Shown piece after piece: positions 55,689 through 64,000 of a stretch of DNA of 64,000 nucleotides. The position numbers and the translations under genes are program-made. The stretch is taken from assembly GCA_963745035.1 (NCBI GenBank), contig CAVUVW010000020.1, positions 32,001 through 96,000 on the forward strand. Reading direction: 5' to 3'. A model generated the notes under the pieces. It did not search any database. It was not told the origin of the DNA and was given only the letters and a program-made list of their open reading frames with translations. Positions within the stretch are counted from its first letter, which is position 1; each line of letters opens with the position of its first letter. Origin of the DNA: an uncultured delta proteobacterium (lineage in GTDB: Bacteria; Desulfobacterota; Binatia; UBA9968).

Positions 55689-56588
55689 ATGGCAATGGGA
55701 ACCGAAGAAGCTAAGTCACAAGACAAGGATATCATCGATCTGCCCGAGGAGTTTTTCGTCAACCGGACCGGCATCATGCTCAATCCCACTCTTGGGGCGG
55801 AGCTGCTCCAGGGCGCCAAGGAAAAGGAAACAATACCGAGCTCGGAAGGCGACGGCGACGAGCTGCGGCTGGAACGGGCGGAGTATGTCGAGGAAGCGCT
55901 GCCGCTCGGCTCTTACCCGTCGGTAGTCGGTGGGATGATGGACGCGGGTCAGGACGAGGAGCCGTCGCCAGACGATAACCGCATGGCGGTCCTGCTCGAC
56001 AAGCTCGGCGAGCGCCTGGCCTTCGAACGGCAAGGGACCAGGCTGTATGAAGCCTTTATCCAAAAAGTCGAAACGCTGGCCAGCGCGGATGGGAACGGCC
56101 CGGATATCGACAATCTCCGCCACATCTGCGCGGAGGAGCTAGAACATTTCAAGCTGCTGCAAGAGACGATCGTGGAGCTCGGCGGCGATGCCACCGTGCA
56201 ATCCCCTTCCGCCGACGTCGCCGGCGTGCTTTCCCACGGCGCGCTGCAGATCGTGAGCGACCCGCGCACGACCGTGGCGCAGGGGCTGCAGGCTCTTCTT
56301 ACCGCTGAGTTGGTGGACAACGACGGCTGGGAGATGCTGCAAAACCTCGCCGAGCAACTGGGCCATGCCGATCTCGCGGCGGAGTGCGGCTCGGCTCTCG
56401 AGGAGGAGCGCGAACATTTGGAATCGGTGCGCACCTGGGCATCGAACCTGACGTTGAGCGAAGCCGTCGGCGCTGATGGCCTGATCGACGCCGAGGAACA
56501 GGAAGAGGAAGGAGAAACCGAGACGACAAGCCGCAGCTCCGGCAGGAAGAAGTCTTCCGGAAGCAAGAGCAAGCGCAAGAAAAAGTGA
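55689..56588 (+). CDS. Ferritin-like domain protein
   Basis: ERLAFERQGTRLY, EELEHF, AELVDNDGW, EEREHL. Confidence 0.82.
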   Translation: MAMGTEEAKSQDKDIIDLPEEFFVNRTGIMLNPTLGAELLQGAKEKETIPSSEGDGDELRLERAEYVEEALPLGSYPSVVGGMMDAGQDEEPSPDDNRMAVLLDKLGERLAFERQGTRLYEAFIQKVETLASADGNGPDIDNLRHICAEELEHFKLLQETIVELGGDATVQSPSADVAGVLSHGALQIVSDPRTTVAQGLQALLTAELVDNDGWEMLQNLAEQLGHADLAAECGSALEEEREHLESVRTWASNLTLSEAVGADGLIDAEEQEEEGETETTSRSSGRKKSSGSKSKRKKK

Positions 56589-56683
56589 CTTCTTAATATC
56601 TGCCTTCTTGACCCGGCGGGCGGGCATTCCCCGCCCGCTGCACCCTTTCACGCCAACGTCTCGCCCTCCTCCGTTACGAATGC

Positions 56684-56815
56684 GGGTCGTGGTTCAGTTC
56701 GGAAAGATCTCTCACTTCGTTCGAGATGACAGAACCGTTACGTTTGTCATTTCGAGTGGATGCGAGAAATCTTTCCCCGATGTTATGCCCTGGGAGTCAA
56801 ACTGCACCACTACTC
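56684..56815. repeat. Palindromic REP/MITE-like element
   Basis: Imperfect terminal IR GGGTCGTGGTTCAGTT / AACTGCACCACTACTC; internal AGATCTCTCACTTCGTTCGAGATGACA, similar to 62629-62656. Confidence 0.6.
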
Positions 56816-56839
56816 GATTGCTAGATCCTAACGAGCGAG

Positions 56840-56854
56840 CGGCACGGCAGTTGC
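56840..56854 (+). promoter_or_regulatory. sigma54 promoter
   Basis: CGGCAC-GGCAG-TTGC. Confidence 0.72.
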
Positions 56855-56870
56855 TCCGTAACGAAACATC

Positions 56871-57776
56871 ATGTGGCAGTTTCTCAAGAAGACCGTTTAC
56901 AACTGGATCGACGATGAGCCGTTTGTCCTCGCTGCCGCGCTTTCGTACTACACGCTTTTTTCCCTGGCGCCGCTATTGACCATCGCGATCGCAATGGCCG
57001 GGCTGTTTTTCGGCCAGGAGGCCGCGCAAAACCAGGTCGTCGAAACCACGCGGGGACTGGTCGGCAAGGAAAGCGCGCAGGCGATCCAGGAGATGATTGA
57101 AAGCGCCGGCGAGAAGCCTGCGGCTGGGATCATATCGACTCTGTTCGGCGTCATCGCGCTGCTCTTCGGCGCCGGCGGCGTGGTCGGACAACTGCAAGCT
57201 TCTTTGAATAAAGTGTGGGGTGTGGCACCGAAACCTGGTCAGGGAGTATGGGGCTTCATCCGGCAGCGCTTTGTTTCCTACGCCATGGTGCTTTCGATCG
57301 GCTTTCTGCTGCTCGTGTCGCTGATCGTCAGCGCCGTACTGTCCGGCATGTCCCGGCTCCTCGGCAATATGTTCGGCGGCGCCGAGGCGCTGGTCCATGG
57401 ACTCGATCTACTCGTGTCCTTCGCCTTCATCACCTTGCTCTTCGCGATGATCTACAAGTTTCTTCCAGACGCGCGCATTCGCTGGAAGGACGTGTGGATC
57501 GGCGCCGTGTTCACGTCGCTGCTGTTCACGATCGGCAAATCGCTGATCGGGCTCTACCTCGGCAACAGCGGCGTGACCTCGGTTTACGGCGCCGCGGGGT
57601 CGCTGATCACGGTGCTTCTGTGGGTTTATTATTCCGCGCTGATCTTCTTCTTCGGCGCCGAGCTCACGCGGGTGTACGCTACCGAATACGGCTCCGGCGT
57701 GGCGCCCGCGGATAACGCGCGGCTGGTCGACGCCGAGAAGACTACGGAGACGGAGCGGAAATCCGCGCGCGCTTGA
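56871..57776 (+). CDS. YihY/BrkB family membrane protein
   Basis: AAALSYYTLFSLAP, YKFLPD, YGAAGSL..LLWVYYSA.IFFFGAE. Confidence 0.92.
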   Translation: MWQFLKKTVYNWIDDEPFVLAAALSYYTLFSLAPLLTIAIAMAGLFFGQEAAQNQVVETTRGLVGKESAQAIQEMIESAGEKPAAGIISTLFGVIALLFGAGGVVGQLQASLNKVWGVAPKPGQGVWGFIRQRFVSYAMVLSIGFLLLVSLIVSAVLSGMSRLLGNMFGGAEALVHGLDLLVSFAFITLLFAMIYKFLPDARIRWKDVWIGAVFTSLLFTIGKSLIGLYLGNSGVTSVYGAAGSLITVLLWVYYSALIFFFGAELTRVYATEYGSGVAPADNARLVDAEKTTETERKSARA

Positions 57777-57838
57777 TGAGTCCGGCGGGGCGAATTGGCT
57801 CGCCCCCGGCCCGGACGAGAGACACTTCCGTTCCGAAA

Positions 57839-58285
57839 CTAACTCGCTTTGCGAAGCCGCCGGTGCTTGGCCGTCTCGAGCTCCTCGCCGAGCTCTTGCA
57901 GCTCGCTCGCGTTCATCAGCTTGCGGACTTTGGGGAACATCATTTGTTCCTCTTCTTCTTCCGCATGATGCTCGATGTTGTCCGCCAACACTTTGAGCTT
58001 GGCTTTGAACTTTTCACTGGTCGAACCGAGCCGGGACATTTCGCGCAGCAGGGTCTTTACCTGCTTGTGCTCCTCGACCGATTCCAGGGTCATCTCCTTT
58101 AACTCTTCGTGCTCGGCCACCGCCGGATAAAAAATCGTCTCCTCGATGCGCGCGTGGATCTCGAGCTCGGCCTTGATCTCCTTGAAGAGCTGCCGCTGCT
58201 TTTTTTTGTCTTCCGTTTCCTTGGCCTGGGTCAGCAGTTGTTTCACCTTGTGGTGGTCCTGCTTCAATAACTCCAATGCGTCCAT
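57839..58285 (-). CDS. Hemerythrin-domain protein
   Basis: LKQDH, HARIEE..FYP, EEH, HHAEEEE..MFP. Confidence 0.9.
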   Translation of the reverse strand: MDALELLKQDHHKVKQLLTQAKETEDKKKQRQLFKEIKAELEIHARIEETIFYPAVAEHEELKEMTLESVEEHKQVKTLLREMSRLGSTSEKFKAKLKVLADNIEHHAEEEEEQMMFPKVRKLMNASELQELGEELETAKHRRLRKAS

Positions 58286-58331
58286 ACGATCCTCCTGGCT
58301 TGCGATAGTGTGTCGTCACCGCGAGCCTGGA

Positions 58332-58346
58332 GCAAGGCACATGCCA
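58332..58346 (-). promoter_or_regulatory. sigma54 promoter
   Basis: TGGCAT-GTGCC-TTGC. Confidence 0.78.
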
Positions 58347-58497
58347 TGCCTGGCGATTTCCCGGAGCCCTCTCTACGCGGCGCGCGCGATTCCGGAGCAC
58401 CCTCTTCAGTGGCACATATTCAAGCGATCTTTTCTCCTTCTTGAGACAGACGACGCGCCGCGCGCGAATGTTTGCGCGCCGTGACGCGCGCTGCTCG

Positions 58498-58512
58498 TGG
58501 CATTTCGATTGC
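58498..58512 (+). promoter_or_regulatory. sigma54 promoter
   Basis: TGGCAT-TTCGA-TTGC. Confidence 0.78.
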
Positions 58513-58558
58513 TCCTCCTCAGAATTGCTGAGAATAGATTGCACGTAAAGGAGATCTT

Positions 58559-58822
58559 ATGGAGACCCAACCTTACACCGTCAACGATCATCGGACCGAA
58601 GATCAATTCACCAAGAGCGTCGAAGAATACACCGCCGCCCTGCCGTCCTCCGCTTATCTGGCGATCGCCATTGCGGCGATGGCGGCATCGCTCGCGCTGC
58701 AAGTCAGCGGCCGGGAAAAGTGGGGCAACTTCATCGCCCAGTGGGTGCCCACGTGGCTCGTTATCGGTCTCTACAACAAGCTCGTCAAGCTCGAAGGACA
58801 CGACCGGCTCGACCGGTCTTGA
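58559..58822 (+). CDS. Small membrane protein, paralogue of 39666
   Basis: LPSSAYL...WGNFIAQWVPTWLVIGLYNKLVKLEG; AAGGAG RBS. Confidence 0.85.
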   Translation: METQPYTVNDHRTEDQFTKSVEEYTAALPSSAYLAIAIAAMAASLALQVSGREKWGNFIAQWVPTWLVIGLYNKLVKLEGHDRLDRS

Positions 58823-59072
58823 TACCCGGCATTCGCCGATCTTGGTGAGGAGGTGAGCTTTGTTTATTTAATGGAGCAAGAAGAGAATATTTCGAGTGCA
58901 GCTATTGCAGGTAGAGATTCAACTTCAAAAAAGAAGCGGCGAAACACGAAAGGAACTGTTCGAAACGAGACGGTTAAAACAGTTCGCGCGGCAAGGTTTG
59001 GCTACAAACCGGCTTAATGATGTCCAAGGCGAGTTTCTGTTTATCGTCTCCCAAAAGGTCGAAAGGTGAGCT

Positions 59073-59555
59073 ATGGAAAGCAGAGCCAAGTTTCTCGGCC
59101 ATCCCGCGCATCAGATGCTGATCGTTTTTCCGCTGGGACTGCTGGCGACCGCGGTGATATTCGACGTGATCTATCTTGTGGGCGGCGGGGAGAACATGGC
59201 GCTCGTCGCATACTGGATGATCGCCGCCGGTATCATCGGCGGCTTTCTCGCCGCGCCGTTTGGCTGGATCGATTGGTTCGCGATTCCGGCGGGGACGCGC
59301 GCCAAGTCCGTCGGGTTATGGCATGGCTCCGGCAATACGATCGTCCTGTTGCTTTTCATCGGTAGCTGGCTCCTGCGCCGCGATGTGCCGGACCGCCCGG
59401 AAGCGCTGGCGTTCGCGCTCTCGTTCGCGGGCGCAGGTTTGGCGTTGTTTACCGGCTGGCTGGGCGGCGAGCTGGTCGATCGCCTGAGCGTCGGCGTCGA
59501 CGACGGCGCTCACCCGAACGCGCCGAGCTCATTGTCGCGCCGCCCCGCCCATTGA
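59073..59555 (+). CDS. DUF2231 membrane protein
   Basis: GHPAHQMLIVFPLG, G.IDW, WHG..N, GWLGGELV. Confidence 0.85.
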   Translation: MESRAKFLGHPAHQMLIVFPLGLLATAVIFDVIYLVGGGENMALVAYWMIAAGIIGGFLAAPFGWIDWFAIPAGTRAKSVGLWHGSGNTIVLLLFIGSWLLRRDVPDRPEALAFALSFAGAGLALFTGWLGGELVDRLSVGVDDGAHPNAPSSLSRRPAH

Positions 59556-59590
59556 GACGGTTGGTTGCAGGGCGCTCACAGAGCCGCTCG

Positions 59591-59605
59591 TGGCATGTTG
59601 CTTGC
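59591..59605 (+). promoter_or_regulatory. sigma54 promoter
   Basis: TGGCAT-GTTGC-TTGC. Confidence 0.78.
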
Positions 59606-59662
59606 TCAAAATTTTGGCAAACTAGAGAAGTCGACGGAATTTAACTCACCAGAGGAGGATTT

Positions 59663-59914
59663 ATGGGGATTATCGGATGGATATTGTTCGGCTTGGTTGT
59701 GGGAATTGTCGGAAAGTTCCTGATGCCGGGGCGCGATCCCGGAGGATTTATCCTGACAATCCTGCTCGGTATTGCCGGCGCGCTGCTCGGCGGATTCCTC
59801 GGCCAATCCCTTGGGTTTTACCGCGAAGGCGAGCCGGCGGGATTCCTCATGGCCGTCCTGGGATCGATCGTACTCTTGCTGCTTTATCGTTTGTTTCTCG
59901 GCAGGCGCGCCTAG
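59663..59914 (+). CDS. GlsB/YeaQ/YmgE family stress membrane protein
   Basis: IIGWILFGLVVG...MPGRDPGG...LGIAGALLGG. Confidence 0.9.
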   Translation: MGIIGWILFGLVVGIVGKFLMPGRDPGGFILTILLGIAGALLGGFLGQSLGFYREGEPAGFLMAVLGSIVLLLLYRLFLGRRA

Positions 59915-60409
59915 GAGAAGCTTTTGAAAACCGGCGCGGCGGGGATCCCCCGCCGCGCCCTTGCGCCCGCCCCGAGCTATTCCAAGTCGCGCCGAAAATA
60001 GAAGTCCACGCTAAACGAAGCCAACAGCATTCCATAGAGATACCCGACCGATTCGAGCAGACCGGGTAAGGTCTGAATCACGTGCCAGAAAATTCCCAAC
60101 ATCAACAAGCTGGTGATCATGGCGAGCTAGAGTAGCAGATCGCGCGCGCATCGCCAAGAAATCCTGTCTTTTATCGATTAGCTGGATTTTTCAGCCGGGG
60201 CGATTGCGCGAAATTCGACAACCACCCACGGCTCTGCCGCTTCGCCCCTCGGTACTACGTCGATTGCTAGTTTCTCGGAATGATCGAAATCTCGCCCGTG
60301 CGCTCGATGATGCACCAGCCGACGCGCTGGGCGGTCCAGACGCGGCTCTGGAAATTCACATCGGCGTGGACTTCTATCGAGCTTGGCCGCGCGCGAGGCG
60401 CGAAAGCAG

Positions 60410-60853
60410 CTACTGGAACCGCCGATCCGGTGCGGTTTCCACCGGATCGTGGCCGTCGCCGCGGTCGCGGTGTTTGAAGAGCTTGGAAGCATAATCGCGC
60501 GCGAGCGCCACCGCCGTCGCGGTCACCACCCCACTCAGCATGCCGACCAGGCTCTGCGTGATCCCAGCGCGCTGCTGCTGGGCCGCCGCGCGCGCCGGCC
60601 AATCGTCAGGCAGCTCCAGTCGCGCCCTCGGCGTGGGGCGGCCGAGCACCAAGCCGCTCAGGAAATAGCCGGTGGCGACGGACAAGCCGATCATGAGCCA
60701 CGGGCGCCGCTCGGTCTGATAGTTGAGATCGAAAGAGCGCTTCACTTCCCGGATGGTTCCGTCCACGCGCTCTTCCAGGGTGGCGATCTTCTCCGCCATG
60801 CCGGCGCGGGTGGCTTCTATCTCGTGTCGTATTTCACGCTGCGTGTTATCCAT
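60410..60853 (-). CDS. DUF3618-like protein
   Basis: IRHEIEATRAGMAEKIATLEER...RPW plus TM. Confidence 0.7.
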   Translation of the reverse strand: MDNTQREIRHEIEATRAGMAEKIATLEERVDGTIREVKRSFDLNYQTERRPWLMIGLSVATGYFLSGLVLGRPTPRARLELPDDWPARAAAQQQRAGITQSLVGMLSGVVTATAVALARDYASKLFKHRDRGDGHDPVETAPDRRFQ

Positions 60854-61239
60854 CGTGCATCCTCTTTGGCGTTTTCAATGGTGGTCGTCGGCACCAGGTT
60901 GGTGTTAGCGGCGCGCCGCTTGCCGGCGAGCAGGACGGCGAGGCCTACCACCGACAGCGCCGCTCCGACGATGCCGTAGCATGCCCAGAGAGTGAGCTCG
61001 GTGTATTCCTCCAGCACATACACCACCGTAAACGACAGCAGAATTCCGCCCAACAACAAGCTTGCCGCGCCCACGCCGATCAACACCACGGTCGATTTGG
61101 CGTTCGCCATTTCCTCGCGCATCTCCAGGCGCGCGGCCGTGATCTCCTTTGAAATCAGATCACTGGCGTCGCGGAAAATGCCGCTGACGAGCGACGAGAT
61201 GCTCGGCTTTTTCGGTTCCTCCAGCCGGTAGTCTTGCAT
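60817..61239 (-). CDS. Phage-holin-family (YqjE-like) membrane protein
   Basis: SLV...DASDLISKEI..ARLE, 2 TM, P..TIE..KED.RW. Confidence 0.78.
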   Translation of the reverse strand: MQDYRLEEPKKPSISSLVSGIFRDASDLISKEITAARLEMREEMANAKSTVVLIGVGAASLLLGGILLSFTVVYVLEEYTELTLWACYGIVGAALSVVGLAVLLAGKRRAANTNLVPTTTIENAKEDARWITRSVKYDTR

Positions 61240-61258
61240 AAGAACCTCGCTTGCCGGC

Positions 61259-61615
61259 TCAGTGCCGGCGGCGCAGCGCCAGCAGCACACCGGCGGCGAC
61301 GCCGACCAGCATCGACGTGCCTGGGTGCTGGCGAATATATTGGCTGATCCGGCGGGTGATGTCTTCGTAGCGTCTGTCGGTGAAGTAGCTCGCGCCACGA
61401 TCCAACGTGTCGGCCAAGCGCGTTGCCGTGTCGTGGATCTTCGACTCCACGCGCGGCCCGCTCTCGCGGATCCGGCCGGCGAAATTTTTCATCTGACTAC
61501 CGACCTTGTCGGCGGTTCGGTGCGCCGCCGCGGCGGCGCGCTCGCGCGCTCTTTCGGAGTTTCTCGCCTCTTCGGAACGAGCCTCATTCAGATTTTCAAA
61601 CTCATCATGTTCCAT
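61259..61615 (-). CDS. ElaB/YqjD (DUF883)-like tail-anchored protein
   Basis: YIRQHPGTSMLVGVAAGVLLALRRR C-terminal anchor. Confidence 0.78.
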   Translation of the reverse strand: MEHDEFENLNEARSEEARNSERARERAAAAAHRTADKVGSQMKNFAGRIRESGPRVESKIHDTATRLADTLDRGASYFTDRRYEDITRRISQYIRQHPGTSMLVGVAAGVLLALRRRH

Positions 61616-61665
61616 AAACACACCTCGGTTTTTGTCCCACGCTAGCGCGGGCACTCTCAAAGACA

Positions 61666-61680
61666 GCAATAAAGATACCA
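61666..61680 (-). promoter_or_regulatory. sigma54 promoter
   Basis: TGGTAT-CTTTA-TTGC. Confidence 0.7.
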
Positions 61681-62018
61681 AAAGCCGACAAATCGCGTCG
61701 CCGTTTCATCTGCCAAGGCGAGCGCCCGCGGAACGAGTGCAGATGAGGCCGAGACATCGGCGAGGCGACTTGCGGCGTCTTCTCGGTGCCGCATATTTAC
61801 GTGATTAATTTCCGGCGTCGCGAGCGGGCAACGCCGCAAAAATTTTATGTCGCCCCACGTGCGGGACAGGTGTCCCGCGCGGAAATCAATCTCGATCTCA
61901 GTAGCTTGGCGCGCAAGCTGGATATTTTGTATCGTTTCGCGGACAGAGAAGTCTTTCCGCTTAGCAGCTATGGGACACAACCTGGTCATTTAACCGCGGA
62001 TTGTCCGCGTTTATGCCG

Positions 62019-62033
62019 TGGTACGTCCGTTGC
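62019..62033 (+). promoter_or_regulatory. sigma54 promoter of csbD
   Basis: TGGTAC-GTCCG-TTGC. Confidence 0.75.
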
Positions 62034-62073
62034 AAAATGATGAGCTATCAGAATTTGAAGGAGGCAAAAAACC

Positions 62074-62268
62074 ATGAACTGGGATCAGGCAGCAGGAAAC
62101 TGGAAGCAGTTTAAGGGCAAAGTCAAAGAGCAGTGGGGCAAGCTCACCGACGACGAACTCGATGAAGTCGCCGGCAAGCGCGATCAACTCGTCGGAAAGA
62201 TTCAAAAACAGTACGGAATCAGCAAGGAAGAAGCCGAGCGCCAAGTAAAGACCTGGGAAACTCAATAG
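62074..62268 (+). CDS. csbD: CsbD/YjbJ family stress protein
   Basis: MNWDQ..GNWKQFKGKVKEQWGKLTDD...GKIQKQYG. Confidence 0.93.
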   Translation: MNWDQAAGNWKQFKGKVKEQWGKLTDDELDEVAGKRDQLVGKIQKQYGISKEEAERQVKTWETQ

Positions 62269-62295
62269 TCTTCAGTTCACCCTTTCCCGCCACCG

Positions 62296-62332
62296 TCGGA
62301 CCGGCAGCGAAAACCCTTCGCTGCCGGTCCGA
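62296..62332 (+). terminator. Hairpin after csbD
   Basis: TCGGACCGGCAGCGAA-AACCC-TTCGCTGCCGGTCCGA; weak U-tract. Confidence 0.55.
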
Positions 62333-62446
62333 TCCTTCCAGATTAGCACGGACAACGCCGGGCTCTTCTTCCGTGGTTCACGTCTTAGAATGCTAAGCAG
62401 GAATCCATTCTGGAGTGAATTCTGGAGTGACAAAACGTTAGCGTTC

Positions 62447-62567
62447 CGTCATACCCGCGCTTCGACGTTGCTCAGGATAAACTCCGGCGGGTATCCAGCT
62501 AATTGCGGCGGAGAACAAACCTGGATTCGTTGCGCGGGAACGACGAATCGTGAGGAAAACGTGCCGA
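62447..62567. repeat. REP-like element related to 36608-36706
   Basis: Same arms and flank GACGAATCG..GGAAAACGTGCCGA, with an extra loop insert. Confidence 0.75.
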
Positions 62568-62668
62568 GGAAAATCTGCATTCATCTTCCAAAGCTTATGA
62601 ATCACTCCTTTGAAAAATGCCGCTAGCGAAGATTTCTCACTTCGTTCGAAATAACAAGTGAATCACCG

Positions 62669-62683
62669 TGGCATATGCCTTGC
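62669..62683 (+). promoter_or_regulatory. sigma54 promoter
   Basis: TGGCAT-ATGCC-TTGC. Confidence 0.75.
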
Positions 62684-62696
62684 TCAAACTGGGCTG

Positions 62697-63479
62697 GTGA
62701 TTGAGCGCACGATTCGCATCGCGGCGGTAGGCGATCTTCACTACCGGGCCGGCAGCGAGGGAAAATTCAAATCGGCCTTCGCCGAGATCTCCGATCTCGC
62801 CGACATTCTTCTCCTGTGCGGCGACATCATCGATTACGGCCTGCCTGAAGAAGCGCGCATGCTGATGAAAGACATCAGCGAAACCGCCAAACGCATCACC
62901 ATCATCGGCGTGCTCGGCAACCACGAATTCGAATCCGGCAAAGTCGACGAGGTGGTGCAGATCTTCAAGGGCGGCGGCATCACGATTCTCGACGGCGAGG
63001 CCTGTGAAGTGCAAGGCGTCGGCTTCGCCGGAGTCAAAGGTTTTCTCGGTGGATTTGGCGGCCGCGTGCTCGCGCCCTGGGGCGAGCCGAGCATCAAGCA
63101 CTTCGTCCACGAGGCGGTCGAGGAGGCGCTCAAGCTCGAATCGGCCTTGGCGCGGCTGCGCACCCCGTCGCGCATCGCGCTGCTGCACTATGCGCCGATT
63201 CGCGCCACGGTCGAGGGCGAGCCGCCGGAAATTTTTCCGTTCCTTGGCTGCAGCCGCTTGGAAGAACCTTTGAACCGCTACCCGGTCGCGGCGGCGTTCC
63301 ATGGTCACGCGCATAACGGCGCGCCCGAAGGCAGGACCAGCGGCGGCATCCCGGTCTACAACGTCGCCATGAAGCTGTTGGAGAAAACTTTTCCCGGCCG
63401 CATGCCCTGCCGGATCATCGAAGTGCGGGCCGGCGCCGAGCAGCGCGGCGACGCCGCTCACGCGCCGCCGCCGGTATAA
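62697..63479 (+). CDS. Calcineurin-like metallophosphoesterase
   Basis: GDLH, GDIID, GNHE, LLH, HGHAH; GTG at 62697 preferred because it lies downstream of the promoter. Confidence 0.92.
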   Translation: MIERTIRIAAVGDLHYRAGSEGKFKSAFAEISDLADILLLCGDIIDYGLPEEARMLMKDISETAKRITIIGVLGNHEFESGKVDEVVQIFKGGGITILDGEACEVQGVGFAGVKGFLGGFGGRVLAPWGEPSIKHFVHEAVEEALKLESALARLRTPSRIALLHYAPIRATVEGEPPEIFPFLGCSRLEEPLNRYPVAAAFHGHAHNGAPEGRTSGGIPVYNVAMKLLEKTFPGRMPCRIIEVRAGAEQRGDAAHAPPPV

Positions 63480-63483
63480 TCCC

Positions 63484-64000
63484 ATGATCGATGGACACAA
63501 CCGGATTCATGATTTCTATCGAGACGTCCTCGATATTTTGCACGAGGGCAAAATTCCCATCCTGATCGGCGGCGCCTTCGCACAGGAGTACTTCACCGGC
63601 ATCACGCGCGACACCAAGGATCTCGATGTCTTCTTGCGCGAAGTCGACCTTGGCCGCGCCCTCGACGCTCTCGGCGCCGCCGGCTACCGCACCGAGATCA
63701 AGTTTTCCCATTGGCTTGGCAAGGTCCACGACAACCAGAGCGAGCAATTCGTCGACATTATTTTCAACTCCGGCAACGGGCTCTGCAAAGTGGACGACAT
63801 CTGGTTCGACAATGCTCCCTGCGGCACGGCGTTCGGCCGGCCGGTGAAATTTTGCCCGGTAGAGGAGACCATCTGGCAAAAGGCGTTTATCATGGAGCGC
63901 GAGCGCTACGACGGCGCCGATATCGCCCATCTGCTGCGCGCGCAGAGCGAGAAATTGGATTGGCATCGCCTGCTCCAGCGTTTCGACCGGCACTGGCGCG
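63484..64000 (+). CDS. Nucleotidyltransferase family protein (partial, runs off the window)
   Basis: MIDGHNRIHDFYRD...IGGAFA...RDTKDLDVFL...VDIIF...ERERYDGAD (pol-beta GG/DxD); absent from the ORF track because it has no stop. Confidence 0.85.
   Translation, partial: MIDGHNRIHDFYRDVLDILHEGKIPILIGGAFAQEYFTGITRDTKDLDVFLREVDLGRALDALGAAGYRTEIKFSHWLGKVHDNQSEQFVDIIFNSGNGLCKVDDIWFDNAPCGTAFGRPVKFCPVEETIWQKAFIMERERYDGADIAHLLRAQSEKLDWHRLLQRFDRHWR

Noticed and set aside
60817-61239. Prophage lysis module
   Set aside because: The holin-family protein sits in an ElaB/YqjE/DUF3618-type stress operon with no endolysin or phage genes.

Overview
High-GC bacterial chromosomal window; gene content suggests a deltaproteobacteria-like environmental lineage such as Ca. 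Binatia, but this is inference only. Many single-base indels suggest a long-read assembly. Layout: (1) 1-5.4 kb core: end of a sensor kinase apparently fused to ArsC, Pho-box-like repeats, DUF47-pit, recR-ybaB-dnaX, SRP RNA and tRNA-Ser(GGA). (2) 5.4-25.7 kb: accessory DNA inserted into an ancestral tadA-tRNA-Ser(CGA)-tRNA-Ser(GGA)-ffs-dnaX block. Two islands are each bounded by a 43-44 bp duplication of the 5' HALF of a tRNA-Ser ending at the anticodon loop, the reverse of the usual 3'-end duplication. Integrase and terminase remnants, arm-type repeats and two DnaA-box clusters lie in this stretch. (3) 26-64 kb: a general-stress-type gene cluster (ftsH, sucAB, topo IB, GT4, debranching enzyme, BON, ferritin-like, YihY, hemerythrin, GlsB, CsbD, phosphoesterase plus nucleotidyltransferase). 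Most of its transcription units carry a sigma54 -24/-12 motif (20 sites found by eye in the window). It contains a receptor-less cheB-cheR/PAS-cheB operon bracketed by three copies of an unrecognised ~105-aa protein family (LRDHP..WPP..GExG..IGxLD) that occurs five times in the window.
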